Below, in pieces: positions 17,339-26,608 of a stretch of 64,000 nucleotides of DNA. This DNA is from an uncultured Pseudomonadales bacterium (lineage in GTDB: Bacteria; Patescibacteriota; Microgenomatia; UBA1400; UBA12028). The stretch lies in the NCBI GenBank assembly GCA_964492495.1, contig CAZBKJ010000001.1:2251-66250 (forward strand), given 5' to 3'. The notes beneath the pieces are model-generated. The model searched no databases, was not told where the DNA came from, and was given only the letters and a program-made list of their open reading frames with translations. Positions within the stretch are counted from its first letter, which is position 1. Each line of letters begins with the position of its first letter. The position numbers and the translations under genes are program-made.

Positions 17339-18105
17339 GGAACTTGCAGTTTGAATGCCTGTGACTCCATGGTTTTTTTTACTTTTTTCAATAGTTTCGG
17401 ATCGATGCTCTCACTACTTTCTTGTAAAAGAATCGATAGTGCTTTATCCGCATCTTCATAGCTAAATCCCATCTCTTGTTCATCCGTTTGGTTGTCCCAC
17501 AAGCCCGCACTTGGAGCTTTGCTGACAAAAACCTCAGGAAGATTCAAAAATGATGCAAGTTGTCGTACTTGGGTTTTATACAAATGACAGATCGGCTCGA
17601 TATCGCTTGCGCTATCACCAAATCGAGTGAAGTATCCTAAGTAGTGTTCTGACTTGTTTTCAGTTCCACAAACGAGCGCATCAAGCTCCTTTGCTGTATC
17701 AAAAACGACAATCATTCGGGTACGCGCCATGATATTACCAATACGAATTTTTTCGATGCTGGACCCCGGATAAGGCTCCTCATCGCTGCTTGTACCGGGA
17801 TGACAAAGCGTATCAGAAAAGACATCTACCATCCGTTTAATATCAATTGTTCTCCAGTTTTTCTCTGGAATATTGTTCCACTTGGCAATCAACATGCTAT
17901 CTTCTACAGATTGATCTCCATACGGCAAAAAGAGAGGAAAAACAAATTCTTTTCCGATGGCTTTCGTAAGAAGGGTGAGTGAAAGTGCAGAGTCAATTCC
18001 TCCAGAAACGGCAATCACTGCGTTCTTTTTTCCTTGGGTTTGAAAGGTTTTTTGTAAAAATGAGCGAATTTTTTCAATTTCTTCCTCAGGGTTGCTTTGG
18101 TTCAT
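17320..18105 (-). CDS. nadE: NH3-dependent NAD+ synthetase
   Basis: AVSGGIDS, GNIMARTRM, GTENKSE..LGYFTRFGD, LYKTQV, KAPSAGLW..QTDE. Confidence 0.96.
   Translation of the reverse strand: MNQSNPEEEIEKIRSFLQKTFQTQGKKNAVIAVSGGIDSALSLTLLTKAIGKEFVFPLFLPYGDQSVEDSMLIAKWNNIPEKNWRTIDIKRMVDVFSDTLCHPGTSSDEEPYPGSSIEKIRIGNIMARTRMIVVFDTAKELDALVCGTENKSEHYLGYFTRFGDSASDIEPICHLYKTQVRQLASFLNLPEVFVSKAPSAGLWDNQTDEQEMGFSYEDADKALSILLQESSESIDPKLLKKVKKTMESQAFKLQVPYVLFP
17760..17805 (-). repeat. RPE/REP-like palindromic element in frame within nadE
   Basis: TGTCATCCCGG-N23-CCGGGGTCCA on the minus strand encodes CHPGTSSDEEPYPGS in a variable loop. Confidence 0.65.
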
Positions 18106-18152
18106 ACGTCTTTCATTGGTAGTATTGGCATGAGAGTACAATTCAATCTATC

Positions 18153-18800
18153 ATGATGTCAACGCCTGATCCCTTTTCACTCCCTGCACTCGACATACTA
18201 TGCTTTTTTGGCACGTTTAATCCACCGCACCTGGGTCATACGCAGGCACTACAATCGGCTCTCCGTGCTCTTCCTGATCTCGAAAAAATACTTGTTATTC
18301 CTCCAGCTTTTCATGTCTGGGGAAAGAAACCGGTTTCTTTTGATCATCGGATACAGATGGCACGGCTTGCGTTTGAAAAACTGGATTCTCGAGTGGAGGT
18401 GAATGATATAGAAAAAACCAACAATCTCTCAGGCTACACCGTAGAGACACTTTCACTGCTTCAAAAAGACTATAGAGGAAAGAAGATAGGTATTCTTTTA
18501 GGATCTGATAGTATGGAAACGTTTGATACTTGGAAGGAGTTTGATGGAATACTCAAGGTTGCCTCGATTTTTGTCGCTCCACGAGGAAAAAAGAAGCAAC
18601 ATGAGGTTATCTCCATTTTGCCTGAAAAACTTGTTTTGTATCTGGGAAGACGAATTTTTTTCTTGCCTGATCAGATAGAGAACAAGGCACTCTTTACCTC
18701 TTCTACTGCTGTTCGCTTGGAGATTCCCACCCATGGGGTCGTTGAGCTCGATCCAGAAGTCCTCTCGTATATTACAACCCATCATCTCTATACAGAATAA
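18153..18800 (+). CDS. nadD: Nicotinate-nucleotide adenylyltransferase
   Basis: FGTFNPPHLGH, YTVETL, LLGSDS..TW, TSSTAVR. Confidence 0.93.
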   Translation: MMSTPDPFSLPALDILCFFGTFNPPHLGHTQALQSALRALPDLEKILVIPPAFHVWGKKPVSFDHRIQMARLAFEKLDSRVEVNDIEKTNNLSGYTVETLSLLQKDYRGKKIGILLGSDSMETFDTWKEFDGILKVASIFVAPRGKKKQHEVISILPEKLVLYLGRRIFFLPDQIENKALFTSSTAVRLEIPTHGVVELDPEVLSYITTHHLYTE

Positions 18801-18812
18801 TTTCCCCTGATC

Positions 18813-18912
18813 TGGTATAATAGTCCATTCAAGCCTCCCGGGAAAGCTCGGGATCCAATACCTTTTGGCTTGAGAGATGTCCCATACGTGGGTACAAGAA
18901 AGGAGTTGACCT
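18813..18912 (+). promoter_or_regulatory. rpsF promoter and structured leader (possible S6:S18 autoregulatory RNA)
   Basis: TGGTATAAT, then hairpins TCCCGGGAAAGCTCGGGA and CCCATACGTGGG; CCTTTT can pair with the SD region AAAGG. Confidence 0.45.
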
Positions 18913-19260
18913 ATGGTCAAACAATACGAATTGATGGTTCTGCTTCCTGCAGGATTTAGCGCTGAACAAATGAAGACATTTGTTGACAGCATCTCCAAAT
19001 TGATAGCAAAAAATGAAGGAAAAGTCCTTTCCAATGAATCATTGGGAAAGCGATCCTTGGCTTATCAGATCAAAAAGCAAACTGAGGCTTTTTTCGTGCT
19101 TTTTACTCTGGAACTTGATACTGCAGTGGTTCAAGCTTTCGAGCGTGAAGTACGTTTGATGGAAGATGTATTACGTTGTCTTTTGTTGATCATTGAACCA
19201 AAAAAAGCAAATTCAAAGAAGAAAAGATCTGTTACGATAGAAGAAGAGAAGCAAGTATAA
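18913..19260 (+). CDS. rpsF: 30S ribosomal protein S6
   Basis: QYELMVLL, LGKRSLAYQIKK, VLRCLL; order rpsF-ssb-rpsR. Confidence 0.95.
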   Translation: MVKQYELMVLLPAGFSAEQMKTFVDSISKLIAKNEGKVLSNESLGKRSLAYQIKKQTEAFFVLFTLELDTAVVQAFEREVRLMEDVLRCLLLIIEPKKANSKKKRSVTIEEEKQV

Positions 19261-19273
19261 AGAGGGAGGCATC

Positions 19274-19753
19274 ATGTCAGCACGTTCACTAAATTTGGTA
19301 CAGTTAATCGGAAATCTTACAAGAGACCCAGAACTTCGTTTTATTCCAAACGGCACTGCTGTGTGTACAATCGGACTCGCAACGAACCGAAGTTGGAATA
19401 CACAAGACGGTGGAGGTCAGCGACAAGAAGAAACAACATATCACCGTATCGTGGTATGGGGGAAGTTAGCTGAAATTTGTGGACAGATGCTCAAAAAAGG
19501 AAGTAAAGCCTATGTGCAAGGCAGACTTCAAAATCGCAAATGGACAACCAAAGAAGGACAGGAACGCGAAACTGTAGAAATCGTTGCTGATCAAGTCATT
19601 GTGCTCAGTCCTTCCAACCGTTCAGATGCACCATCAGGTTCTGGTTCTTCAGACTATTCGTACCCTGACGAACCAAACACAGTACAAAATGACGCGACCC
19701 CATCTGCACCAATTATCAATGCAGATGATGTAAGTGAAGATATACCATTTTAA
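19274..19753 (+). CDS. ssb: Single-stranded DNA-binding protein
   Basis: LIGNLTRDPELR, C-terminal EDIPF. Confidence 0.98.
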   Translation: MSARSLNLVQLIGNLTRDPELRFIPNGTAVCTIGLATNRSWNTQDGGGQRQEETTYHRIVVWGKLAEICGQMLKKGSKAYVQGRLQNRKWTTKEGQERETVEIVADQVIVLSPSNRSDAPSGSGSSDYSYPDEPNTVQNDATPSAPIINADDVSEDIPF

Positions 19754-19768
19754 TTAGAGAAAGCACTT

Positions 19769-20005
19769 ATGCAAAAAAAACCAACAAAACGACCAATCCT
19801 GATTGGAAGAGCAATCGCTCGAAAAGGTGAAGAGTTTGATTTCGACTATAAAGATGTCGCCACACTCGCTCGCTTTATCAGTGAATCAGGAATCATAATC
19901 CCAAGAGAGCGAACTGGGCTTGCAAACAAGCAACAGAGAGCACTTGCTCGTGAGATTAAAAGAGCACGATTTCTCGGGATGTTACCATTTGTCACAACAC
20001 TCTAA
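19769..20005 (+). CDS. rpsR: 30S ribosomal protein S18 (Cys-free form)
   Basis: DYKDV..L.RFISE.G.I.PR..TG...KQQR.LA..IKRAR..GMLPF. Confidence 0.96.
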   Translation: MQKKPTKRPILIGRAIARKGEEFDFDYKDVATLARFISESGIIIPRERTGLANKQQRALAREIKRARFLGMLPFVTTL

Positions 20006-20072
20006 AGCGTTTGTCGTACAGAGATGCTTGTGACTAGGATCTTGTATCGTAGGTGTGATACACTTCTGTCTC

Positions 20073-21338
20073 ATGTCAAAAGGTCTTATCTTTTTACGAT
20101 CAGTTGTCGTTGTAACCCTCCTCATAATGCTTGGTGGAGTGATTGGCTATAAGCTTGGAAGTGGTGGGCGTGTTCCACTATTTTCCAAAGCTTTTGCTGT
20201 CCTTCCATCAACCAAAATTATTAATACACAGGTTCCTCAAGAATATAAAAATGTCGACTTCACAGAATTTTGGGAAGTCTGGAAACGACTCGAACAGCAG
20301 TACCAAGATCCAAGTAAACTTGACGCACGCAAAATGGTCGACGGTGCAATTTCCGGAATGACTTCCTCCCTAGGAGATCCCTACACAATTTACCTTCCTA
20401 AAGAAGATCAAAAACGCTCCTCTGATGACTTGAACGGAAGTTTTGAAGGAGTTGGAATTCAGCTTGGATACAAAAACCAAATTTTAGCAGTGATCGCTCC
20501 ATTAAAAGGTTTGCCTGCAGAGCGTGAAGGAATACTTGCTGGAGATTACATTGTCAAAATCAAAGATGAGGAAAAAGGAATTGATAAAGAAACAGCAGGA
20601 CTTTCACTGCCAGAAGCGGTATCGATGATACGTGGACCAAAAGGGAGTCCGGTGACACTGACTTTTGTTCGTGACGGTGGGGAACCATTTGAAAAAACAC
20701 TCGCACGAGAAACAATCGTGGTTCCTTCAGTTGAGTTACAGTTTATCGAAAAAGATGGAAAGAAAGTCGCTCACTTAAAGCTCTCACAATTTGGTGGTCG
20801 TACTGATGAAGAGTGGAAGAAGGCAGTCGATGAAATTCTCGCTGCCAAAGATACATCTGGAATCATCCTGGATCTTCGAAATAATCCAGGAGGGTACCTC
20901 AGTGAAGCGGTCAATATCTCAAGTGAATTTATCAAAGATGGAATAGTAGTCACGCAAGAAGGTCGTGTCGAAAAGATTCCGTACTATGCAACAGGCAAGG
21001 GAAGACTTACCACAACTCCAGTAGTTGTCCTTATCAACAAAGGTAGTGCAAGTGCGTCGGAAATTGTTGCTGGAGCCCTTCGCGATCGAAGAAGCGCGAC
21101 TCTCGTTGGAGAGAACAGCTTTGGAAAAGGCACTGTACAAGATGCACAAGAGCTTTCTGGAGGATCAGGAGTGCATATTACTGTTGCTCGCTGGCTTATC
21201 CCAAGTGGAGACTGGATTCATGATAAAGGTCTAAAACCAACCGTCGAGGTAAAAGTGACAAGTGAAGAAGCTCTCAAAAATCTTGAAGAGAAAAAAGATC
21301 CACAGCTTGATAAAGCAATTGAAGAGATACTACAATAA
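20073..21338 (+). CDS. Carboxyl-terminal processing protease (S41, CtpA)
   Basis: LGDPYT, PDZ domain, LDLRNNPGG, SASASEI, SFGKGTVQ. Confidence 0.95.
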   Translation: MSKGLIFLRSVVVVTLLIMLGGVIGYKLGSGGRVPLFSKAFAVLPSTKIINTQVPQEYKNVDFTEFWEVWKRLEQQYQDPSKLDARKMVDGAISGMTSSLGDPYTIYLPKEDQKRSSDDLNGSFEGVGIQLGYKNQILAVIAPLKGLPAEREGILAGDYIVKIKDEEKGIDKETAGLSLPEAVSMIRGPKGSPVTLTFVRDGGEPFEKTLARETIVVPSVELQFIEKDGKKVAHLKLSQFGGRTDEEWKKAVDEILAAKDTSGIILDLRNNPGGYLSEAVNISSEFIKDGIVVTQEGRVEKIPYYATGKGRLTTTPVVVLINKGSASASEIVAGALRDRRSATLVGENSFGKGTVQDAQELSGGSGVHITVARWLIPSGDWIHDKGLKPTVEVKVTSEEALKNLEEKKDPQLDKAIEEILQ

Positions 21339-21401
21339 ATCGTTTTGTTTTTTCAGCTTGTTCTCAGAATGCGGGACTATATATACTTTGATATATCTTC
21401 T

Positions 21402-22589
21402 ATGCAACCTGTAAAAAATCTTACCATCGCTGTTCTTTTCTTTGTCTTGCTCGTCATATCCGCTCTAGGCGGAGCATTGGCCGACAGACTTTTTGTGTTC
21501 AAACCGCTTGATAGTATTACCAAAAAAATTTCCGGAACGAGTGTCTCAAGTAACGAACCTCTTACTCGCTCAATCGTGCATGAACAGTCAGATGTGATTG
21601 ATGTCACAGAGAAAGTGTCAGCTGGTGTAGTCACTGTCTCAATTACCAGAGAGCAAAGAATCCGGCAACGATCGCCACTTTTGGATATGGATCCATTTGG
21701 GATATTTGGATTACCACAACAGGAAGAATCAGGACAAACCCGAGAGATAAATCAAGATATTGGGAGTGGATTTGTCGTCAATGCATCCGGACTTATTGTG
21801 ACGAATAAACACGTCGTGTCCGATACAACTGCCAAATACCATATTATTACGAAAGAAGGAAAAGAATATGATGTGCAAAAAGTGTATCGAGATCCGGTCA
21901 ACGATTTGGCAATTCTCCAAGTAGAAGCATCACTGCAGTCCATGGATTTAGGGAACTCTGATGACCTAAAAGTAGGACAGTTTGTCATCGCAATCGGTAC
22001 TGCCCTTGGAGAGTTTCGACACACAGTAACAACTGGAGTGATCTCAGGTCTTGGTCGCGGAATCACCGCAGGAGATGGATTTTCATTTGCAGAGCGACTG
22101 GATAATGTCATCCAAACAGATGCAGCGATTAACCCAGGAAATTCAGGAGGGCCACTCCTCAATTCCTCTGGTCAAGTGATCGGTGTCAACGTGGCAGTGG
22201 CACAGGGAGCAAACGGAATTGGCTTTGCTCTTCCAATCAATGTGGTGAAGGATTCTATCAAAAACTTTGAAGCTACAGGAAAATTCTCTCGACCGTTCCT
22301 TGGAGTCCAGTATCGAATTATTCCAAAACGAACTGCTCTACTCAATGACATGCCGGCCGGGGCTGTCATCATCGAAGTTGTGGAAGGTGCGAGTGCTGAC
22401 AAGGCAGGACTTGAACCAGGTGATGTCATTACAAAATTTGATGGTGTTGATCTCACAAGTGATTCAAACGAGAATGCACTCTCAAAAGAGATCTCAACAC
22501 ACAAGGTTGGCGACAAGGTGGAGGTGGAATACATCCGCGATGGAGAGAGAAAAACGACAACTGTTACGTTGGAGGAGAGTGGAGAGTAA
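21402..22589 (+). CDS. HtrA/DegP-like serine protease with PDZ domain
   Basis: GSGF, TNKHVV, DLAIL, IQTDAAINPGNSGGPL. Confidence 0.95.
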   Translation: MQPVKNLTIAVLFFVLLVISALGGALADRLFVFKPLDSITKKISGTSVSSNEPLTRSIVHEQSDVIDVTEKVSAGVVTVSITREQRIRQRSPLLDMDPFGIFGLPQQEESGQTREINQDIGSGFVVNASGLIVTNKHVVSDTTAKYHIITKEGKEYDVQKVYRDPVNDLAILQVEASLQSMDLGNSDDLKVGQFVIAIGTALGEFRHTVTTGVISGLGRGITAGDGFSFAERLDNVIQTDAAINPGNSGGPLLNSSGQVIGVNVAVAQGANGIGFALPINVVKDSIKNFEATGKFSRPFLGVQYRIIPKRTALLNDMPAGAVIIEVVEGASADKAGLEPGDVITKFDGVDLTSDSNENALSKEISTHKVGDKVEVEYIRDGERKTTTVTLEESGE

Positions 22590-22797
22590 AGGCAAGGTTC
22601 AAGGTTTCAGAGCTTCTCGACTGCGGCTAGCTGGGCTAGCCTGCGCTCGAAGAATAAAAACTATATTTCGGTGGACAGGTAGTTTACAGAACGACAGCGG
22701 GGACAAGGTATCAGAGGTAGGGTACAACGGACTAGGAACGAGTTACGAGTAATTTGATACAAGAAGATAGCTGGATTCCCATATTCATGGGAATGAC
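22590..22797 (+). repeat. Composite intergenic repeat (purine-rich heptamers plus REP-like palindromes)
   Basis: GCTTCTCGACTGC[GGCTAGCTGGGCTAGCC]TGCGCTCGAAGAATAAAA at 22612-22659; ATTCCC-N8-GGGAAT at 22775-22794; AGGTATCAGAGGT shared with about 39189. Confidence 0.75.
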
Positions 22798-22822
22798 TGT
22801 GATACAAGTGTATACTTCATTT

Positions 22823-23563
22823 ATGTCCAGTAACATTCGTATTCTCCTTTTAATTCTCTTACTAGTTGGTTCTGCTTTTTTTAATTTTCACCAATATAAC
22901 ACAATTCAAAATCTCCAAAGTAAAAATCTACAACTTTTCAAGGAAAGAGATGGTTTGCAGGCTCAGCTCAAAGAACTTCAAAAAAACTATCAGCTCGTTT
23001 TTGAAGATAGAGCAGAGTTTATAGAGCCAAATTCTCCAGAGGAAACGTTCTCATTTCAAACGTTTGGAATTAACTCTCCACTTTTTGAAACAAAAAAAGT
23101 TGAATCACAGGAATATTTATACCGAGGAAAAACAATTATTCGAAAAACTATTTATTTAGATTCAAAGAGTGATTCCGTCTATTCATATGGGGTAAGCGTC
23201 TGGCAGTTCCCAGATACAAAAAAAGATTTTGATCCCTTATATCTTTCCATCTTTGATGGGTATGAAAATAGAGGAAACCCTCATCGTATCTCTGATGTTA
23301 TTGCGGAAGCGGCAGGGAAATATGTAACAAAAAACAACATCCAACTACATTGGTCCGTAGATACAAGCGACCTATATTCAACAAAACTAATAAATTTCAA
23401 CGGTATTTCTTTGTATGCAACAGATAATTCTGTTATTTTAGACGGACCTATATTTTACCGAGTCTTTGCATCACTGCATGTAGAAGAAGAGAATCTTCAT
23501 TCAGTCTCGAAAATTGCTACAAAAGAATTGATGAGAATTGCGGACACTATTACGTTTCGATAA
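22823..23563 (+). CDS. Hypothetical exported protein (TM plus coiled coil)
   Basis: N-terminal hydrophobic helix then heptad region; TATACT 6 nt before the ATG. Confidence 0.7.
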   Translation: MSSNIRILLLILLLVGSAFFNFHQYNTIQNLQSKNLQLFKERDGLQAQLKELQKNYQLVFEDRAEFIEPNSPEETFSFQTFGINSPLFETKKVESQEYLYRGKTIIRKTIYLDSKSDSVYSYGVSVWQFPDTKKDFDPLYLSIFDGYENRGNPHRISDVIAEAAGKYVTKNNIQLHWSVDTSDLYSTKLINFNGISLYATDNSVILDGPIFYRVFASLHVEEENLHSVSKIATKELMRIADTITFR

Positions 23564-23570
23564 ACAGAGT

Positions 23571-24491
23571 TTATTCATCACTATCTTGTGCGTCACCTTC
23601 TTTTTCCCAGTTCTTTTCATCCTGCAGGGCAGTGACTACGGGATCAAGGTATCCTTCAACGATATTTTCCAAATCATACCAAGACTCATGAATTCGATGA
23701 TCCGTCACTCTATTCTGTGGGAAGTTGTAGGTACGAATTTTCTCTGCTCGCATTGCTCTACCGATTGCTTGGCGGGCAGTTCCCATTTCTTTAGTACGCT
23801 TGGCTTCTTCAGCTTCCCAGAGTTTTCCTCGTAAAAGCTCTAGAGCTATTTGTCTATTTTGAGCTTGATATCGTTCGGTTCTGGCTGAAATCACGATCCC
23901 TGAGGGTTTGTGGGTCAAGCGAACGGCTGTAGAAACTTTGTTTACATTTTGACCACCGTGTCCACCCGCACGTGTAAACTGCCATTCCAAGTCATCGTCT
24001 CTGATCTCAACAGCTGATTCAGGAAGTTCTGGAATGACAGCTACAGAGGCAGTTGAGGTGTGGACACGTCCTTGGGATTCTGTCGCAGGGACACGCTGGA
24101 CGCGGTGCACTCCAGATTCATATGAAAAGAGTTCATACGCACCTTTTCCAATAATTTTGACTACACCCTCATCTATGGATTCAACTTTATACTTTTTCAT
24201 TTCTGCGAATCGAGAATACAGGCGAAGGAGTTCACCTGCCCATAGCTTCGCTTCATCTCCACCAGCACCAGCTCGAATTTCGATAATACAGTTGTTGTAG
24301 ACTGCTTGTTGACTGGTTTTTGCCATTGCGGTATTCACTTGATCCAAAGAATCCTGAAGCAATTTTTGTTGTTCCTTCAAGCTTTCAATTTCGCGCTTGG
24401 CAAGTTCTTGGAGTTCTGGGTCTGACAAAAGCTGCTCATTTTCAGAGATTTTTTGATTGATCTCATCTATTTGTTGCTGAATATAGTCCAT
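23571..24491 (-). CDS. prfA: Peptide chain release factor 1
   Basis: [25 protein letters not shown] (PxT), [22 protein letters not shown]. Confidence 0.96.
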   Translation of the reverse strand: MDYIQQQIDEINQKISENEQLLSDPELQELAKREIESLKEQQKLLQDSLDQVNTAMAKTSQQAVYNNCIIEIRAGAGGDEAKLWAGELLRLYSRFAEMKKYKVESIDEGVVKIIGKGAYELFSYESGVHRVQRVPATESQGRVHTSTASVAVIPELPESAVEIRDDDLEWQFTRAGGHGGQNVNKVSTAVRLTHKPSGIVISARTERYQAQNRQIALELLRGKLWEAEEAKRTKEMGTARQAIGRAMRAEKIRTYNFPQNRVTDHRIHESWYDLENIVEGYLDPVVTALQDEKNWEKEGDAQDSDE

Positions 24492-24497
24492 AGAGAA

Positions 24498-24606
24498 AGT
24501 TTATAGTTGATTGTTTATAGTTTATAGCAGGAATGCACTATATAAAAACATCCCGGATACATATCACGTACATATACGGATAAATCCCCGGGATATTTGT
24601 TTTATT
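24498..24606. repeat. Degenerate heptamer run and hairpin between rpmE and prfA
   Basis: AGTTTAT-like units at 24498-24527; AAAACATCCCGG...CCGGGATATTTGTTTT inverted repeat. Confidence 0.45.
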
Positions 24607-24613
24607 TGCTAAT

Positions 24614-24949
24614 CTAAACAACGTTTTCACTAGATTCTGCGGCTGCGAGTTTTGATTTTTCGTCAGCAAGCATCTCTTTGAGAGTTTTGCTTTCGGCTTT
24701 TGGAGCATCTTTCTTGTCGCCTTTTTTCTTTTTGCCGGCAGTTGTTTGAGCGGCTGATCGCATCTTCATGAAGCGTTCAACACGACCTTGTGTATCCACA
24801 AATTTCATTGATCCAGTATAGAAAGGATGACATGCTGAACAAATATCCAGCTGAATAGTATCGAGCGTTGATCCTGTTTCAAACGTGTTTCCACAGGCGC
24901 AGGTTACAACAGCTTGATGATTCCATTTGGGGTGAATTGATTTTTTCAT
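24614..24949 (-). CDS. rpmE: 50S ribosomal protein L31 (zinc-binding form)
   Basis: [30 protein letters not shown]. Confidence 0.97.
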   Translation of the reverse strand: MKKSIHPKWNHQAVVTCACGNTFETGSTLDTIQLDICSACHPFYTGSMKFVDTQGRVERFMKMRSAAQTTAGKKKKGDKKDAPKAESKTLKEMLADEKSKLAAAESSENVV

Positions 24950-25034
24950 ACGAGTTCCTTTTCTTTCTCTGGCGAGTATACCAAAGAGCGGAAATTATAG
25001 CAGAAAATAGCTATTTTTTCAAAGTGCGGTCAAT

Positions 25035-26561
25035 TTATCTCCACATTGGGAAGACCTTAAACACGGTATCAACGTACTGTTGAGGCATTGGGTAGCCAGT
25101 AAACATAGGGAACAACAGTATAAACGCGACGATAATCATGACAATTGTAGCTAGAATGACCGCTTTTCCATAGGTTCTTTTCTCAAAACGCAGAAGAAAG
25201 TACGAGAGAAGTATGCAGAGCAGAGGAACTGCCGGTGCGTAGTGGTAAAAGAACATAATACGAGGCGATACTGTCCATGGTATCCATACCATGGCGTAGA
25301 GCGTGAGAAGAAACGAGAGTTCCAGAGGAATCGCGGTTTGCAGTTTTGAGGGTTTGACTCCCAGTATAAACATCCCAATACGAGGGAAGATCAACAATGA
25401 AAGCTCTACAGCAAGAATGAGGGATGCTGTGAGGCCAAACCAGAAAAGTAAGGGATTTCCAGCACCGTAGACATTCCCCACGACACCTTCTGCATTTTTT
25501 GTGTAATCAACGTGCATCCAAACTGGTTTTAGGTCGAGTGCCCATTGCCACGGGCGAGACTGATAGGGATGTGTTGCTTTGAGTGTGGTCTGATACCACC
25601 AAATTTGATTATGAAGCTCAGAAAAATGAGATATCATGCGTTTGCATCCACCACGAGCTTCTAGGCTTTCAAAATATGGACGCTGTCCTGGAGCTAGCTT
25701 TGAGAGTCCTTCCACCCACCAACTTGAGTCTTGGTGACAGTAACACTGAGTCTGTTCGACTTGCGATCCGGTACAGACTAGGCTTTTTCCTTGTAAAAAC
25801 ATGTGAGAATACGAAAGCAGGTAGATAACAATCGGCAGCAGAATAAGGGTAGCGAAACGAATTGCAATACTTTTGAATGGCTTTTTCAACAACGTCTGTT
25901 TTGATGTAAAAAAATGAATAGCCTCAAATAAGCAAATTGTGACTAACACAAAAATCCCAGACCATTTACTTCCCATCGCGAGGCCACTGAGTAGTCCAAC
26001 AAGAGAAAGGTACTTCACTGATACTCCTGTATCATGGGTAAATCTCTGTGTGAGTTTTCGGTATCGTATGTAGCTCCAAGCTGCAAGAATAATACAAAAA
26101 GTCACGTGGATATCATTCATTGCGATACGTGATTGAGCTAAGAGCAGTCCATCTAGCGAGGCAAGGAATGCGGCAAGTAGGGTCAGTTTGTTGTTGCCAA
26201 ATGCAGTATGCGCAATTAGTGCTGTCGCTGCGATCACTGCAACTCCAAACACCACCGAACTTATTCTCCAACCAAAACTATTTTCACCAAAAATTCTCAT
26301 TCCAAATGCTTGGGTGTATTTGGCAAGTGGAGGATGTAACCAATCAACGGCAGTATCAGGTTCCGGTGCAGGGTTCCACCATTCATAGGCAGCTTTATCA
26401 CCTCGCGATATCAGTTTTGAGGTGACTGCGTGATAGACTTCGTCAAAGAAATACGTGGGTGGTGTTGATACCCTGTAGATACGTGTGAGAAACGCAAAGA
26501 GCAAAATTAGCCCAAGAAGGATTGTAAAGCCTTTTTTTGTTTGTAATACTAACAAAGACAT
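25035..26561 (-). CDS. Protein O-mannosyltransferase-like (PMT, GT-C)
   Basis: FFDEVYH, HPPLAK, SRIAMND, SKWSG, HPYQSRPWQW, GNPLL, RIMFFYHY. Confidence 0.9.
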   Translation of the reverse strand: MSLLVLQTKKGFTILLGLILLFAFLTRIYRVSTPPTYFFDEVYHAVTSKLISRGDKAAYEWWNPAPEPDTAVDWLHPPLAKYTQAFGMRIFGENSFGWRISSVVFGVAVIAATALIAHTAFGNNKLTLLAAFLASLDGLLLAQSRIAMNDIHVTFCIILAAWSYIRYRKLTQRFTHDTGVSVKYLSLVGLLSGLAMGSKWSGIFVLVTICLFEAIHFFTSKQTLLKKPFKSIAIRFATLILLPIVIYLLSYSHMFLQGKSLVCTGSQVEQTQCYCHQDSSWWVEGLSKLAPGQRPYFESLEARGGCKRMISHFSELHNQIWWYQTTLKATHPYQSRPWQWALDLKPVWMHVDYTKNAEGVVGNVYGAGNPLLFWFGLTASLILAVELSLLIFPRIGMFILGVKPSKLQTAIPLELSFLLTLYAMVWIPWTVSPRIMFFYHYAPAVPLLCILLSYFLLRFEKRTYGKAVILATIVMIIVAFILLFPMFTGYPMPQQYVDTVFKVFPMWR

Positions 26562-26608
26562 GTCTGTTATTGTATCGACCCTTTTGTATTCTGGGTAGTG
26601 AGTAAATT

